64,000 nucleotides of DNA from Mustelus asterias (GCF_964213995.1 NC_135807.1:115134001-115198000); one strand, 5' to 3'. Counted from the stretch's first letter, positions 10,753 to 23,240 are shown. The notes: generated from the sequence alone by a model not told the origin. Program-made: numbers and translations.

Positions 10753-12281
10753 TAGACAATGGTCGTGACTCCATGTCGATTTTACAGGCCCATTTATGGG
10801 GTCCATGTTTCTGGTGATAATAGATGCCCATTCCAAGTGGTTAGACGTCTATAAACAAAACTCAGCAAACACGATGGCAACCGTTGAGAAACTGCACAGC
10901 TCGTTCGCAACGCACGGGATCCCAGAGGTATTAGTTTCCAATAATGGTTCAGTGTTCACCAGCCTAGAGTTCACAAAATTTATGAAATCAGTGGGACCTG
11001 GCACATCAAGATGGCACCTTATCACCCGGCATCAAATGGGCTAGCGGAGAGAGCAGTCCAGACGTTAAAGGCCGGGTTGAAAAAACAGCCAGCGGCCTTA
11101 TTAGAAACAAAACTTTCAAGGTGGTTATTTGACTATAGGATCACTCCACACCTCACCACGGGAACTGCGCCAGCAGAGTTACTGATGGGCAGACGGCCCC
11201 ACACCAGACTGAGCCTGTTGTTGCCAAACCTGGCAGGAAAAGTGGAAAGACACCAGGAAGCCCAATGCAGGTGTCATAACAACACTCACCGAGAGAGGCA
11301 CTTTGAAGTGGGGGAGAGAGTTTGGGTCAGAAATTATGCAAATGGACCCGCCTGGGTAACCGGAACAGTCGAGTTCAGTATCCTACCGAGTATGCGTAGG
11401 CGAGGCAGTGGTAAGGAAACACCTGGACCAGGTTCGGGCCTCAAGCTCTCCACCTGTTCCGGAGCCCAGTCCGCCCTGCAGCCACAGGGACGAGCAGAGT
11501 CCCCCTCGACAAGCCAGTACCGCCTCCCCTGCACTCTTGATGGGGACCTCAGGGTCTAAAATAGACATGGGACAAAGCTGCAGTGATTCCCCAACCACCT
11601 GAAGTGGACGGGGTACCAGACCTCCAGCGTTCGGGGCGGAAGAGACGGGTGCCCAACCGTTACACACCACCAACATCTGAGGTGGAGTTGGAGGATCCTG
11701 ACCTGGCGCTCAAGCGGAGGAAAAGACTCCTGAGGGAAGCAAACCGAGGAGATTCCTCGGACTTTGGGGAGGAGGAGTTTGATGACTTCAGTCAGGCTAA
11801 TGAGTTTGGCTTGCTAGAGTATGAACTACCTGATGAGCCTTCGCGTTCCGTGCCCGCTGGGCACCGCAGGGCCTGGGGTGTATTATGAACCCCGACAATC
11901 ACATTATGATTTAATGTTTTAAGTTTCCTTTTGATTTTGTTTTTGGTTCGGGCTGTTTCCCCTCCTTTTGGGGTGCTGCTCCTTTTGATTTGTCCCTATG
12001 TTAATTTGAGTTCGTTTATTTGGTTGGTATCAAAAGAAATACCTGATAAGCCTTCCTAAGTTAATTTGATTTAGTTTAATTTGTTGGTGCAGAAAAGAAG
12101 TATCTGATGAGTCCTACTTGATGGTTAAATCAGGAAGCCTCATGCTCCCTATTTAAAGCAGGTGTGTCAGACTCCCAGCCTGCATGCAGCAGGGAGCAAC
12201 TGGAGAGCTGGCTGTGTACAGATGTATGGTGTAAATAAAGTAACTTGGTGATGGGACTTTCGCCTCCGTGGAGTTATTACA
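10748..12281 (+). mobile_element. Gypsy 3' half of the same family in the opposite orientation (integrase core, PPT, 3' LTR 11778-12281)
   Basis: FLVIIDAHSKWLDV and APYHPASNGLAERAVQTLK. PPT GGGGAGGAGGAG, then an LTR that is the reverse complement of 8729-8959, interrupted at 11838-12100. Confidence 0.92.
11838..12100 (+). mobile_element. Tx1/L1-like non-LTR 3' fragments (two tandem units) inside the Gypsy LTR
   Basis: Reads ...RARWAPQGLGCIMNPDNHIMI* followed by a T-rich UTR ending AAAAGAAA. The target motif TAYCTGATRAG occurs at 11827-11837, 12040-12050 and 12101-12111. The family assignment is from recall. Confidence 0.55.
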
Positions 12282-12364
12282 GGTGCATTGGTGTTAACAT
12301 GCAATACCTGTTATAAATGTTGGATTGTAAAACCATCACAGCCCCTGACAACGTGCTGTGTCCC

Positions 12365-12715
12365 TTCACCATCTGAAACTGTTGGCTTGCACAGTTCATG
12401 CTCCAGCACTGGGAACTCCAATCATTTCAACCTTTAGCATTGTTGGTTTTGACTATTCACAATCTTAGCACTGGCAACTTCTGCATTCACTCTGTGGCAT
12501 TTGTGGCGACGACCGTGCACCCTCCGGCACTGGTGACTACAACCATTCACCAAGGAGCACTGGCAACTTCAAGCATTCACTCAGCAGTACTGGCAGCTTT
12601 GACTGCCTTCTGGCACTGGCTGCTTCAGCTGTTTACAGTGCAGTACTTGCAGCTTCAACCATTCGCCCTCTACCGTTGGCAGTTTTGGCCATTCACCCTG
12701 AAGCACTGGTGGTAC
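12365..12715. repeat. Degenerate ~30-bp minisatellite (~11 units)
   Basis: Recurrent TTCAC...GCACTGG...CTTCAACCA units at ~30-bp spacing. Confidence 0.7.
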
Positions 12716-12741
12716 TTGCTTGTACAGCAAGAATCATTCAC

Positions 12742-14430
12742 ACAGGAAGAGAATTATCAGCCCCTTGTGAATGTATCAGTCCTTCAAAATCCCCAAAGCA
12801 AAATGAAATACACACATTGGCAATGTAGCAAGCAATATTGTTTAAAGTATGAAATAAGTGTTTCTAAAAAAAAATTCAAGATAGAAAGTTGAGATTTTGC
12901 CTCAGGTGCAAATTGTGCCCAAACCTGCACTAACTTCCAGAAGTTTCATTATCCTTGACTTTTCGGCAGCATTGACTGAAATTGATAGCTTTGACAGCTT
13001 TCCCTCTGGCACTGAGAGATTTGAGTGATCATCCTCCCACACTGGTGGCTGTCACCTTCTTCAAGTGACAAGGATGCCTGTCTTATTCCTTTCAACCTGT
13101 AACTTTAACATTGAGCCAATTAATGATAGGTACAAATGAATAAATAATTAAGCTAATCACACTTAACAAGGTGTAAAGAGCTTACTGCACTGCCTGAATT
13201 AACAATTGTGTTGGTGGAGCCTTTGAAATTGATTTATATGGGTCATTGCTCATTATCTGTTTTGGACAGTGGCTTGCCAGTTGTGTGGTGGTGAATATAA
13301 TATACTTGTGGATCTAGTTAATTTTCATTTCAAATCGGGTTACGTGAGTAAAAAATCTTTACACTTACTCAGCTAATATTCTGGGGACCTGGGTTCAAAT
13401 CCCGCCACGGCAGATGGTGGAATTTGAATTCAATAAAATTATCTGGAATTAAGAATCTACTGATGACCATGAAACCATTGCGATTGTCGGGAAGACCCAT
13501 CTGGTTACTAATATTTTTGGTGTGGCACAGTGGTTAGCATTGCTGCCTCACAGCACCAGGGATCCGGGTTCAATTCCAGTCTTGGGTTATTGCCTGTGTG
13601 ATGTTTGCATATTCTCCCCATGTCTGCGTGATTTTCCTCCGGGTGCTCTGGTTTCCTCCCACAGTCCAAAGATGTGTGGGTCAGATTGATTGGCCGTGCC
13701 AAATTAACCCTAGTATCAGAGGGATTAGCAGGGTAAATATGAGAGGTTGTGGGAATAAGGCTTGGGTGGGATTGTGGTCGGTGCAGACTTGATGGGCCGA
13801 ATGGCCTCCTTCTGAACTGTAGGGATTCTATGATTCTCTGTGTGATAAAACTGTTTTTCAAAACGTAATCAAATTAGACCAAGTTACCACCCTTATTATA
13901 TGAAGGCATATAGATTTGAACAATTAAAAAAAATACCTTCTAGTGCTGTCCAATGACACAGGTTTACAGCAGATTTTATATTCAAAGACATGCCAATTAG
14001 TTTGTGCTGGAGGATCATGGGGAAGATAGCAAGCTGGTTTGATGAATCCTGTTGGAAGGGGGAATATCCTGTAAGGGAGCAGGCGCGGCGGGGTGGCAGA
14101 GGGAGAGGGGATAGGAGATAGAGGCAGTTGGTGGGGGTGTGAAGCCCCCAGGTGCCTTAACGCAGATCTAAATGGACAACACAAAACCAAAGCATTGGCA
14201 CAGGAGAATTATCAGCTCCATATGAACCTTGTGAATGATCAGTCCTTCAAAATCCCCAAAATAAAAGCAAAATGAAATACATGCATTGGCAATACAGCAA
14301 GCAAAGTATGAAATAAATATCTCCAAAAAAAAACTAAAGATATGAGGTTGAGTTTTGGCTTCAAGTGCAAATTGTGCCCAAACCTGCGCTAACTTCCAAA
14401 AGTTTCTTTGTCCTTGAGTTTTCAGCCAAA
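12742..14430 (+). repeat. Diverged ~230-bp direct duplication (12742-12970 and 14200-14430)
   Basis: Shared blocks GAGAATTATCAGC, ATCAGTCCTTCAAAATCCCCAAA and GTGCAAATTGTGCCCAAACCTGC. Confidence 0.8.
13521..13838 (+). mobile_element. HE1-like tRNA/V-SINE with CR1-type tail (type A)
   Basis: Box A TGGCACAGTGG, box B GGTTCAATTCC, V-domain core CTGCGTG..TTTCCTCCGGGTGCTC and tail (ATTCTATG)n. Confidence 0.85.
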
Positions 14431-14819
14431 CTAATTGGCATATCATTGAATGTGAAATCTGCTCTAAACCTGTGCCATTGGATAGCACTTGAAAGTATTT
14501 TTAAATTGCTGCAACGTATGTGCCTTCATATAAGTCTGGTAACTTGGTCCAATTTGATTAAGTTTGAAAATGGCTTGATCACAAATGCAAAGATCTTTTA
14601 CTCACACAACCCAATTTGAAATGAAAATTAACTTCCAAAAAATATGCAATTTTTAGTGTTTTGGGGTCTATAGAATCTATATGCACAAACTTTACAATTT
14701 GTCTATTCGTGACCATACAGCATAAATGGCCAGTTTAATTTTGGATCTTCCTGCAAGGCCTACAAGGGAGGGTAATAAGTGGAAACTTAGAGTGGTGATG
14801 AATTTGTCCTCCGGGCATA

Positions 14820-15840
14820 ATCTGTAGGAGCAGGAGTAGGTCATTCAGCCCTTTGAGTCTGCCCTACCATTTATGGTTGATGCACCAACTCAACATCATA
14901 CACTCCTCACACCCCTTGATACCTATAGAGTCGAGAAATCAATGTCTTTCTTGAATATTGTGATGTTAATGTACCTTTAAGAGATTTTTAAAAAAATCAT
15001 GATCTCTGATGCTCTCACAATCAGTGTTTCTCAGCTTTAGCTGAAGTGATTGTGTTACTGGGCTGACTACGATGAGTCCTTTTATTGCAACTTAAGCATT
15101 TTAAATGGGTTTGTTTGTGTTTACTCTGGGACTAGTTTTACAATCCTGCATTGTTGGGAGGATGGTCATGTGTTTTTGGACAGGTTTTTCCCAGTGAGTT
15201 TAAGGTTTCATTTTCAGTTCTGAGTGGCAGTTGGCTTCTAACAGGGATAACAAGTTGAACAGAAGCCGCTCTCTCCCTTTTTTTTTGTTTGGAAATTCTG
15301 CAAAATCTTAAAGCAAAGTTTTGCCATCCTGATGGAAAAACTCTGCTGTTAGTAGTTTGCCTAAAGTCCCTAATGTTCTGGGAAGTTGTTCTGACTTTAA
15401 CCTGTTCTGAGTTTATCAAGAATGAGAGTTTTCAATTTTTCAACCATTGGTCTGTGCTGTGTTAAATCTGTGAAAAGTGTCATTTGTCTATGGGATTGTT
15501 TTGATTGAAACATTGTCGATATCTTTGCTTAAGGTTATATATTATCATGATTGTTTGTTTCTTGTTTGTAATTTGTAAACGTTTTTGCTAATTTTCTTAC
15601 TATACATGTTAACTATATTCTTAAATAAACTTTGTTTGATTGAAGCTCCCTAGTGGGTCACTTGATTCATACCTGAAATGAAACATCTCATGCTTATCCT
15701 AGTCAAATTCAAGATGCAAAGCTTATGATCCATAGAACACTTTGGAGTTTCTGACCTGAACCATAACAATATGTTCAGTGGTTTGACCTCTACTGCCTTC
15801 TGTGGTAAAGGATTCCACAGGCTCTTCACCCTCTGAGTGA
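14820..15840 (-). mobile_element. Old CR1 3' end, split by a solo LTR
   Basis: TAGGAGCAGGAGTAGGTCATTCAGCCC tail region, and QRVKSLWNPLPQKAVE on the - strand. Confidence 0.65.
14959..15768 (+). mobile_element. Solo LTR (810 bp)
   Basis: TGTGATG...CATAACA inverted termini, 4-bp TSD ATAT (14955-14958/15769-15772) and AATAAA at ~15624. Confidence 0.85.
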
Positions 15841-16499
15841 TCAGACACCGAGTGCCTTTGAATGAGGGACCTCCACTGGTTTTGTTTCTCATGTGGTCCA
15901 CATGGCGAATCTCCCACCTGACACTAGGTTCCTACCAGCAGCAGCAGGATGAGGCCCTTAAGTCAGCATTAATTGCCACCTTGCCATTAACTGGGTTTGA
16001 GCTGGTGGGTTTCCTACCACCGACTTGAATAAATCCTTACTTGCCACCAAACACGGCACAGGTGAGGGCATTAAATTCCACCCTAGGAATCTGTCCTTTA
16101 TGACAGTAAACCTCCAATTCCTTCCGAAAATATATTTGTACACAAGGAGAAACTGTTGTCAAAAAATGCTCGGCTTGCATTTTTTATTTTAATTTTAACA
16201 GACATGCTGACCACACCAAGCTCCACCACATCACTCTATTCCTCCACTATTGCTCAATTATCAGACTACATTATCAGATAAGCAAACTATTTCCCCTCGT
16301 TTAATATTGGGAGGATTGAAACCATTGGGTGGGAAGTTCTGCCCCCACCAGCCCCCCACCCCCTCAGCACATTTTGTGGTGGTGCAGGTGGTCCGCCATT
16401 GGTCAGCAGTGGGACCTTCCAGTCCCGCCACTTTCAATAGGGTTTCCTGTTTTTCGCACTCTTCTCTGCTGGGGAACCAACGGGTATGATTGGAAAATC

Positions 16500-16880
16500 G
16501 CGCCCATTATTTTCAGTTCCCACTCCAAAGCCCTGTTCTCTAGCTACAGACTCCATCCCTTTCCCTGGCAACAGTCTGAGATTCAACCAGTCTGTTTGCA
16601 ACCTCAGTATCACATTAAATCCTGAGGGGAGCTTCCGACCTCCTATTCATGCCCTCAATAAGACTGCTTACTTCCTCCTCTGTAATATCACTCAACATTG
16701 TCCATACCTCAGCCAATCTGCTGCTGAGGCCCTCATATACACATTTGTTATCTTTAGACTATCTTAATAAATTCCTAGCTGCTTATACATACCCTACCCT
16801 CTGTTAACTGCGATCGTTTCAGAACTCTGCTGCCATGTATGAACTCACACCAAGTCCCATTCCCCTATTACCCTCCACTG
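16500..16880 (+). mobile_element. L2 LINE ORF2 fragment, degenerate
   Basis: NQSVCNLSITLNPE..F..HALNKTAYFLLCNI....PYLSQSAAEALIYTFVIFRL is an L2-type post-RT region. Confidence 0.75.
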
Positions 16881-17283
16881 GCCATTGCTGTAGCCACTGT
16901 CTGTGCGTGGCCTTCAAGAAATGACTTACATCATGAAAGTACCAGGGTAGATAGGGAGCCAGGGCCCAGGATAGGATAAGGTCTGTAAAATTTTATTACT
17001 GTTCTAATAGCCATCTGCCCCCTGAAAATCTTGGGATTTCAGAAGGCAAGGTCCTAATAAGCTCCCGAAAGGCCTCCATCCATCCTATTAATGAGCCAGA
17101 TGATTTTGCCTTGCAGCTCATGCCTCCATCCTCAGGAAAATCATTATTGCCGGAAAAGAGGTGGCAGATTGGCACAAAGGCCACTCTTTTGTTCCATTTA
17201 GTCTTGATTTAGAACAGGAGAATCAAATCCAAGATTAACATCTGACAAGTTATGTATATTTTCAGAACATTAACAAATGGAGA

Positions 17284-17640
17284 TCATAGAATCACAGAAG
17301 CCCTATAGTGCAGAAGGAGGCTATCTATTCGGCCCATCGAGTTTGCACCTACCTTCTGACAGACCATCTTACCCAGCCCATCCCCATCTCCGTAACCCCA
17401 TGCATTTACCCTGCTAATCCCCCTAATCTACACATCTTGAAACACGATGGAGCAATTTAGCCAATCCACCTAACCTGCACATTTTTGGACTGTGGGAGAA
17501 AACCAGAGCACTCAGAGGAAACCCACGCAGACATGGGGAGAACATGCAGACTTCACATAGACAGTCACCCAAGGCTGGAATCGAACCCAGGTCCCCGACA
17601 CTGTGAGGTAGTAGTGCTAACCATCGTGCCACCATGCTGC
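17284..17640 (-). mobile_element. HE1-like SINE type A
   Basis: Reverse complement of the 13521-13838 consensus. Confidence 0.85.
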
Positions 17641-20600
17641 CAGTGAGATGAACTCAAACTGGGGCTTAGTTTCAGCTCATAGATTGCACTGATATGTCTC
17701 CACAAAATCTTACCATTTTGTAAAATGCCTACAACTCCTTGGAAATAATAAAATTTGAAATGTGATATGGCAAAGTTCCCTCCCCTTCAACTGGTAAATA
17801 ATAAAGAGATGATATCCCCTTGAGTGGTGCATTGATTCCTTATTATGTGTTCCTGCTCTGACAACCAGTGTCACAGAGCTTTCAGTTGACAAGGTTAATA
17901 ATTCTGTCTGTGTTAAGAGTTCAAAGCTGTAAGTATGCATTTAGGCTTGACTTCAACTTTAGCAAGAGCAGTATAGTTAACAGCTGCCCTCACTGCCTGT
18001 GTTTCTGTTTCAGACCTCAGTAAATGCTATCGAAGGCCTCTGTGATTCTGGTATACCTTATTTCAACCAGGGGAGAGCTGAAATGTTAAAGGTGATATTT
18101 CTCATTTTCAGGCACATATGGCAGTGAACTTGGTCTTGGATAATTACAAAGAAATGGTTGATAGTGAGTCAGCAGCCTGTCTTACATCCTATCCAATTTT
18201 CCTTCCATTGAAGTCAATATAGTGAAACATACCATCCTTAGGAAATGGGAAATGGTCAACATGCTTCTTGACTTGACAGGCCTTCACCACATATGAGACT
18301 GGCTCTGTCTTCTCCACAGCTTTCCCTGGCACCCAGGCAGATCCGCCGCCAAAATTCCATGACTTGAGGTCGTCCACATTAAATGATCTGTCCTCTTTTT
18401 GAGAGTTATGATACACTTTCTGAGAGGCTTGCTGCGGAGGCTGCTTTAGCCCCACCATGGCCGTGGAACTGTCTTGTTCAGAGGCTGGCACATACAAACT
18501 TGATGAGGAGCTCACTTGCTCGTCACCTAGCGTTGACTCCACTCTCTTGCATAAGTGGTCAACATGCTTCTTGACTTGACAGTCCTATGCCTTCACCACA
18601 TATGAGACTGGCTCTGTCTTCTCTACAGCTCTCCCTGGCACCCAGGCAGATCCGCCGCCAAAATTCCATGACAACATGAGGTCACCCACATTAAACGATC
18701 TGTCCCCTTTTTGAGAGTCATGATGCACTTTCTGAGAGGCTTGCCTAGCCTCCATCTTCCCCGACAAATTTGGGAACACTAAATCTAAACAGGTAGACAG
18801 GTGAAAACCATTAGCAACTCTGCAGGCGTAACCCCGGTGATGCCGTGCAGTGTAGTGTTGTAGGACAGCAAAACACTCCCCTAACGCAATGACAACAGCC
18901 TTTGAGGCTACTTCATGGAAGCCTTCAACATCTGCATGGCTCACTTTGCCAACCCATTTGAGGCAGGTTGGCAGGGAGCTGACCTGACATGACAAATGCC
19001 ATTAGACTTGGGGATAGTCTGAAATTCATAAGCCGTGAATGCCATTCTGTAGTCTGATACCAACACTTTGGGAAGACCATGGATTGCAAAGATCGGCCTC
19101 AGTTTACCAATCATAGCTGTGGCTGTGCTGGGTCTTATGAGCTGAATGCCCTGCCACTTGGAATGGGCATATACTAAGATTAGGAACATGAACCCCATGA
19201 AAGGTCCAGCAAAATCTACATGAAGTTGCAACCACGGGTGGCCTGGCCATTCCCAAGGGTACATGTTCACTGGTGGAGGTAACCGAGTCTGACAACTTTC
19301 GTACTGCCCAACCATTTGTTCAATTTCTCTGTCAATGCCAGGCCACCAGACATAACTTCTGGCCAATGCTTTCATTCTGCTCTGGCTAGGATGGGAATCA
19401 TGAAATTCTGGAGCAGGGGCCTTTGCCCTGGGGGTGATTCAATAACATGAGCCCCCCTCCCACAATAGCACCCCATCTTCGCAGATTATTTTGTCCCTGT
19501 GTTACAAGTATGGCTTCGTTTGTTCTGCCTTGTTGAAGTGTCGCCCTGCCAGTACCATTTCCTTGACCTTTGCTAACATGGGGTCCCTATCTGTCCATGA
19601 CTTAATGTGGGTTGCTGAAACAGACAGGGTGTCCAAAGAATGTAGAGATACTATCTCCTGCAGAACAGGCAGTGACAATATGGTCTGTGGTAGGCGAAGG
19701 CAGCTCAATGCACCGGCATTTGAAATCTATGTTCCCGGCCTATGCTGGAAGGTATAACTGTTTGCTGCCAGCAACAAAGCCCATCTCTGCATCCTGGCTG
19801 ACGGCACTGGCTTATCTTCACGGAAAAGGCCCAATAATGGTTTATGGTCTGACACAATAGTGAAAAGCTGACCATAGACTTTTTGGTGAAATTATTTCAT
19901 TGCGTAAATGACTGCTAGGTTTTCTTTGTCGCTTTGCGAGTACTTTATCTCAGTGTATGACAAAGTCCTTAAAGCAAATGCAATTGGCCTCTCTGCTCCA
20001 TTTTCCATTCTATGTGATAGAACTGCTTCAACTCTGTTTGGTGAGGTGTCACAAGTGACTACTAATGGCTTGCTTGGGTCAAAGAGTATGAGCAATGGCT
20101 TTTAAATTTTACAAAAGCTTCTTTCTACTTGCCTCCCCATTTTCCTTGCGGATGGTTCTTTAAAAGCTGCTGTAGGAGAGCCAGAATTGTTAATACATTT
20201 GGCAGGAATTGATCATTCCCCGGAAAGACTTCAGTTCTGGCACATTCATAGGAGCTAGCACTCACCTATAGCTTTCACCTTATCTTCCAGGGGTTGCAAC
20301 TCCTTTGCACCCACTTTGAAACTGAGGTACGCAATCTCCTCAGCTTGAAAAATAAATTTGTCCCTTTTCAATCATATGTTGGTTTCCTTAAACCTCTCAA
20401 GGATTTCTTGCAGGTCTGCGCTATGTTCCTCAGGAAGCACACCAATAATTAGGACATCGCCCAAGTATACCATCAATTTCCCTGAAACAGGCTCTCCATC
20501 ATGTGTTGAAAAATGGCACAGGCTGATGAGAAACTGAATGGCAATCTGTTGCACTGCTCCAACCCGTTGTGGGTATTTATTATAATTAAAATTCTGGAGT

Positions 20601-21420
20601 CCTCTTCCAGTTCCAGTTGTTGATGAGCATGACTTAGGTCGAGCTTAGTATATTTGAGGCCCCTGCTGATTAAACACAGAGGTTCTCTATCGTGGGAATA
20701 GGGTAATGATCCAGTTGAGCCCCTGTTTACCGTTAGTATGTCAGTACCCGCAGATCCTCATGTTTTGGTCGGACGTCAGGACACATCCCATTCTGACAAC
20801 TGCACAGGCTTGATGACACCCAAGTCTTCCAACCTTTTTAGTTCAACCACTACTTTTTGGTGTAATATGTATGGAACTCAGAAAAACCGAGGCGTGGCCT
20901 CAGGGTTTAGGTAAATTTTAGCTTTAACCACTTCTATCTGACCAAGTTCTCTCTGGAATGCCTGATGATATTTACATCAGAATTATTGAAATCCTCCATC
21001 CTGGACATTAAGTATTCCCAGCCTGTCCAGTTTTATTTATCTTAACCAGTGCCGTCCCATGAGTCCGGACCTCTGTCCTTCAATCACCATCATGGGTGAC
21101 TGAGCTGACTGGTTCCAATAGGATAAAGACATGAGTTTGCCCCCATTATTTTTAGTGTCTCTCCAATGTATGTCACCAAAGTAACCTCAAAATAGATCAG
21201 CTGTAAGGGCTGTTGTGCCTTCTGGAGAAGTTTGAATATCTTTTCCCCAGTGATGGTGGCCATCATGCAATTGTCAACCTCCATCTTCAGGGGGTGGCCA
21301 TTATTTAGTTATTTTTTAAATTCATTCACATTACATGTGTGTCGCTGGCTGGCTAGCATTCATTGTAAGAAGTTTAACAACACCAGGTTAAAGTCCAACA
21401 GGTTTATTTGGTAGCAAAAG

Positions 21421-21464
21421 CCACACAAGCTTTCGAGGCTCTGAGCCCCTTCTTCAGGTGAGTG
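21421..21464 (-). ncRNA. Minimal type-I hammerhead ribozyme motif
   Basis: Reverse complement of the motif at 23197-23240. Confidence 0.75.
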
Positions 21465-21742
21465 GGAATTCTGTTCACAAACAGAACTTATAAGACACAG
21501 ACTCAATTTACATGAATAATGGTTGGAATGCGAATACTTACAACTAATCCAGTCTTTAAGAAACAAAACAATGGGAGTGGAGAGAGCATCAAGACAGGCT
21601 AAAAAGATGTGTATTGTCTCCAGACAAGACAGCCAGTGAAACTCTGCAGGTCCACGCAACTGTGGGAGTTACAAATAGTGTGACATAAATTCTGATTCTA
21701 GGATCGCATGATAAAGACTCAGGAGGAAAAAAGCAGAAATAT

Positions 21743-22450
21743 TTATGTGAAATAGTGTGACATAAACCCAATATCCCGGTTGAGGCCGTCCTTGTGTGTG
21801 CGGAACCTGGCTATCAGTTTCTGCTCCGCGACTCTGCGCTGTCGTGTGTCGCGAAGGCCGCCTTGGAGAACGCTTACCCGAATATCAGAGGCCGAATGCC
21901 CGTGACCGCTGAAGTGCTCCCCAACAGGAAGAGAACAGTCTTGCCTGGTGATTGTCGAGCGGTGTTCATTCATCCGTTGTCGCAGCGTCTGCATAGTTTC
22001 CCCAATGTACCATGCCTCGGGACATCCTTTCTTGCAGCGTATCAGGTAGACAACGTTGGCCGAGTTGCAAGAGTATGTACCGTGTACCTGGTGGATGGTG
22101 TTCTCACGTGAGATGATGGCATCTGTGTCGATGATCCGGCACGTCTTGCAGAGGTTGCTGTGGCAGGGTTGTGTGGTGTCTTGGTCACTGTTCTCCTGAA
22201 GGCTGGGTAGTTTGCTGCGGACAATGGTCTGTTTGAGGTTGTGCGGTTGTTTGAAGGCAAGAAGTGGGGGTGTGGGGATGGCCTTGGCGAGATGTTCGTC
22301 TTCATCAATGACATGTTGAAGGCTCCGGAGGAGATGCCGTAGCTTCTCCGCTCCGGGGAAGTACTGGACAACGAAGGGTACTCTGTCCACTGTGTCCCGT
22401 GTTTGTCTTCTGAGGAGGTCGGTGCGGTTTTTCGCTGTGGCGCGTTGGAA
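21743..22450 (-). CDS. Penelope GIY-YIG endonuclease region with Cys-rich linker (N-truncated)
   Basis: CHSNLCKTC, NVVYLIRC..C...YIGET...LRQRMNEH, HF..HGH, E...I..F.T..GLN. Confidence 0.9.
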   Translation of the reverse strand, partial: FQRATAKNRTDLLRRQTRDTVDRVPFVVQYFPGAEKLRHLLRSLQHVIDEDEHLAKAIPTPPLLAFKQPHNLKQTIVRSKLPSLQENSDQDTTQPCHSNLCKTCRIIDTDAIISRENTIHQVHGTYSCNSANVVYLIRCKKGCPEAWYIGETMQTLRQRMNEHRSTITRQDCSLPVGEHFSGHGHSASDIRVSVLQGGLRDTRQRRVAEQKLIARFRTHKDGLNRDIGFMSHYFT

Positions 22451-22918
22451 CTACCCAGCCTTCAGGAGAACAGTGACCAAGACACCACACAACCCTGCCA
22501 CAGCAACCTCTGCAAGACGTGCCGGATCATCGACACAGATGCCATCATCTCACGTGAGAACACCATCCACCAGGTACACGGTACATACTCTTGCAACTCG
22601 GCCAACGTTGTCTACCTGATACGCTGCAAGAAAGGATGTCCCGAGGCATGGTACATTGGGGAAACTATGCAGACGCTGCGACAACGGATGAATGAACACC
22701 GCTCGACAATCACCAGGCAAGACTGTTCTCTTCCTGTTGGGGAGCACGTCAGCGGTCACGGGCATTCGGCCTCTGATATTCGGGTAAGCGTTCTCCAAGG
22801 CGGCCTTCGCGACACACGACAGCGCAGAGTCGCGGAGCAGAAACTGATAGCCAGGTTCCGCACACACAAGGACGGCCTCAACCGGGATATTGGGTTTATG
22901 TCACACTATTTCACATAA
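22449..22918 (+). CDS. Penelope GIY-YIG endonuclease region, second (inverted) copy
   Basis: Same peptide as the - arm except GEHF changed to GEHV. Confidence 0.9.
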
Positions 22919-23196
22919 ATATTTCTGCTTTTTTCCTCCTGAGTCTTTATCATGCGATCCTAGAATCAGAATTTATGTCACACTATTTGTAACTCCCACA
23001 GTTGCGTGGACCTGCAGAGTTTCACTGGCTGTCTTGTCTGGAGACAATACACATCTTTTTAGCCTGTCTTGATGCTCTCTCCACTCCCATTGTTTTGTTT
23101 CTTAAAGACTGGATTAGTTGTAAGTATTCGCATTCCAACCATTATTCATGTAAATTGAGTCTGTGTCTTATAAGTTCTGTTTGTGAACAGAATTCC

Positions 23197-23240
23197 CACT
23201 CACCTGAAGAAGGGGCTCAGAGCCTCGAAAGCTTGTGTGG
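23197..23240 (+). ncRNA. Minimal type-I hammerhead ribozyme motif
   Basis: CAC-CUGAAGA-A-GGGGCU-CAG-AGCCUC-GAAA-GC-UU-GUG, giving core boxes, stem II, palindromic mini stem III, NUH=CUU and stem I CAC/GUG. Confidence 0.75.

Noticed and set aside
12104-12135. CTGATGAGTCC in the Gypsy LTR as a hammerhead core
   Set aside because: There is no complementary stem II or downstream GAAA box.
12365-12715. Possible CRISPR-like array
   Set aside because: The units are contiguous degenerate tandem repeats without unique spacers, in a vertebrate context with no cas genes.
13521-13600. tRNA-like sequences (here and at other SINE heads)
   Set aside because: They continue into the V-SINE core and LINE-derived tail, so they are SINE heads rather than tRNA genes.
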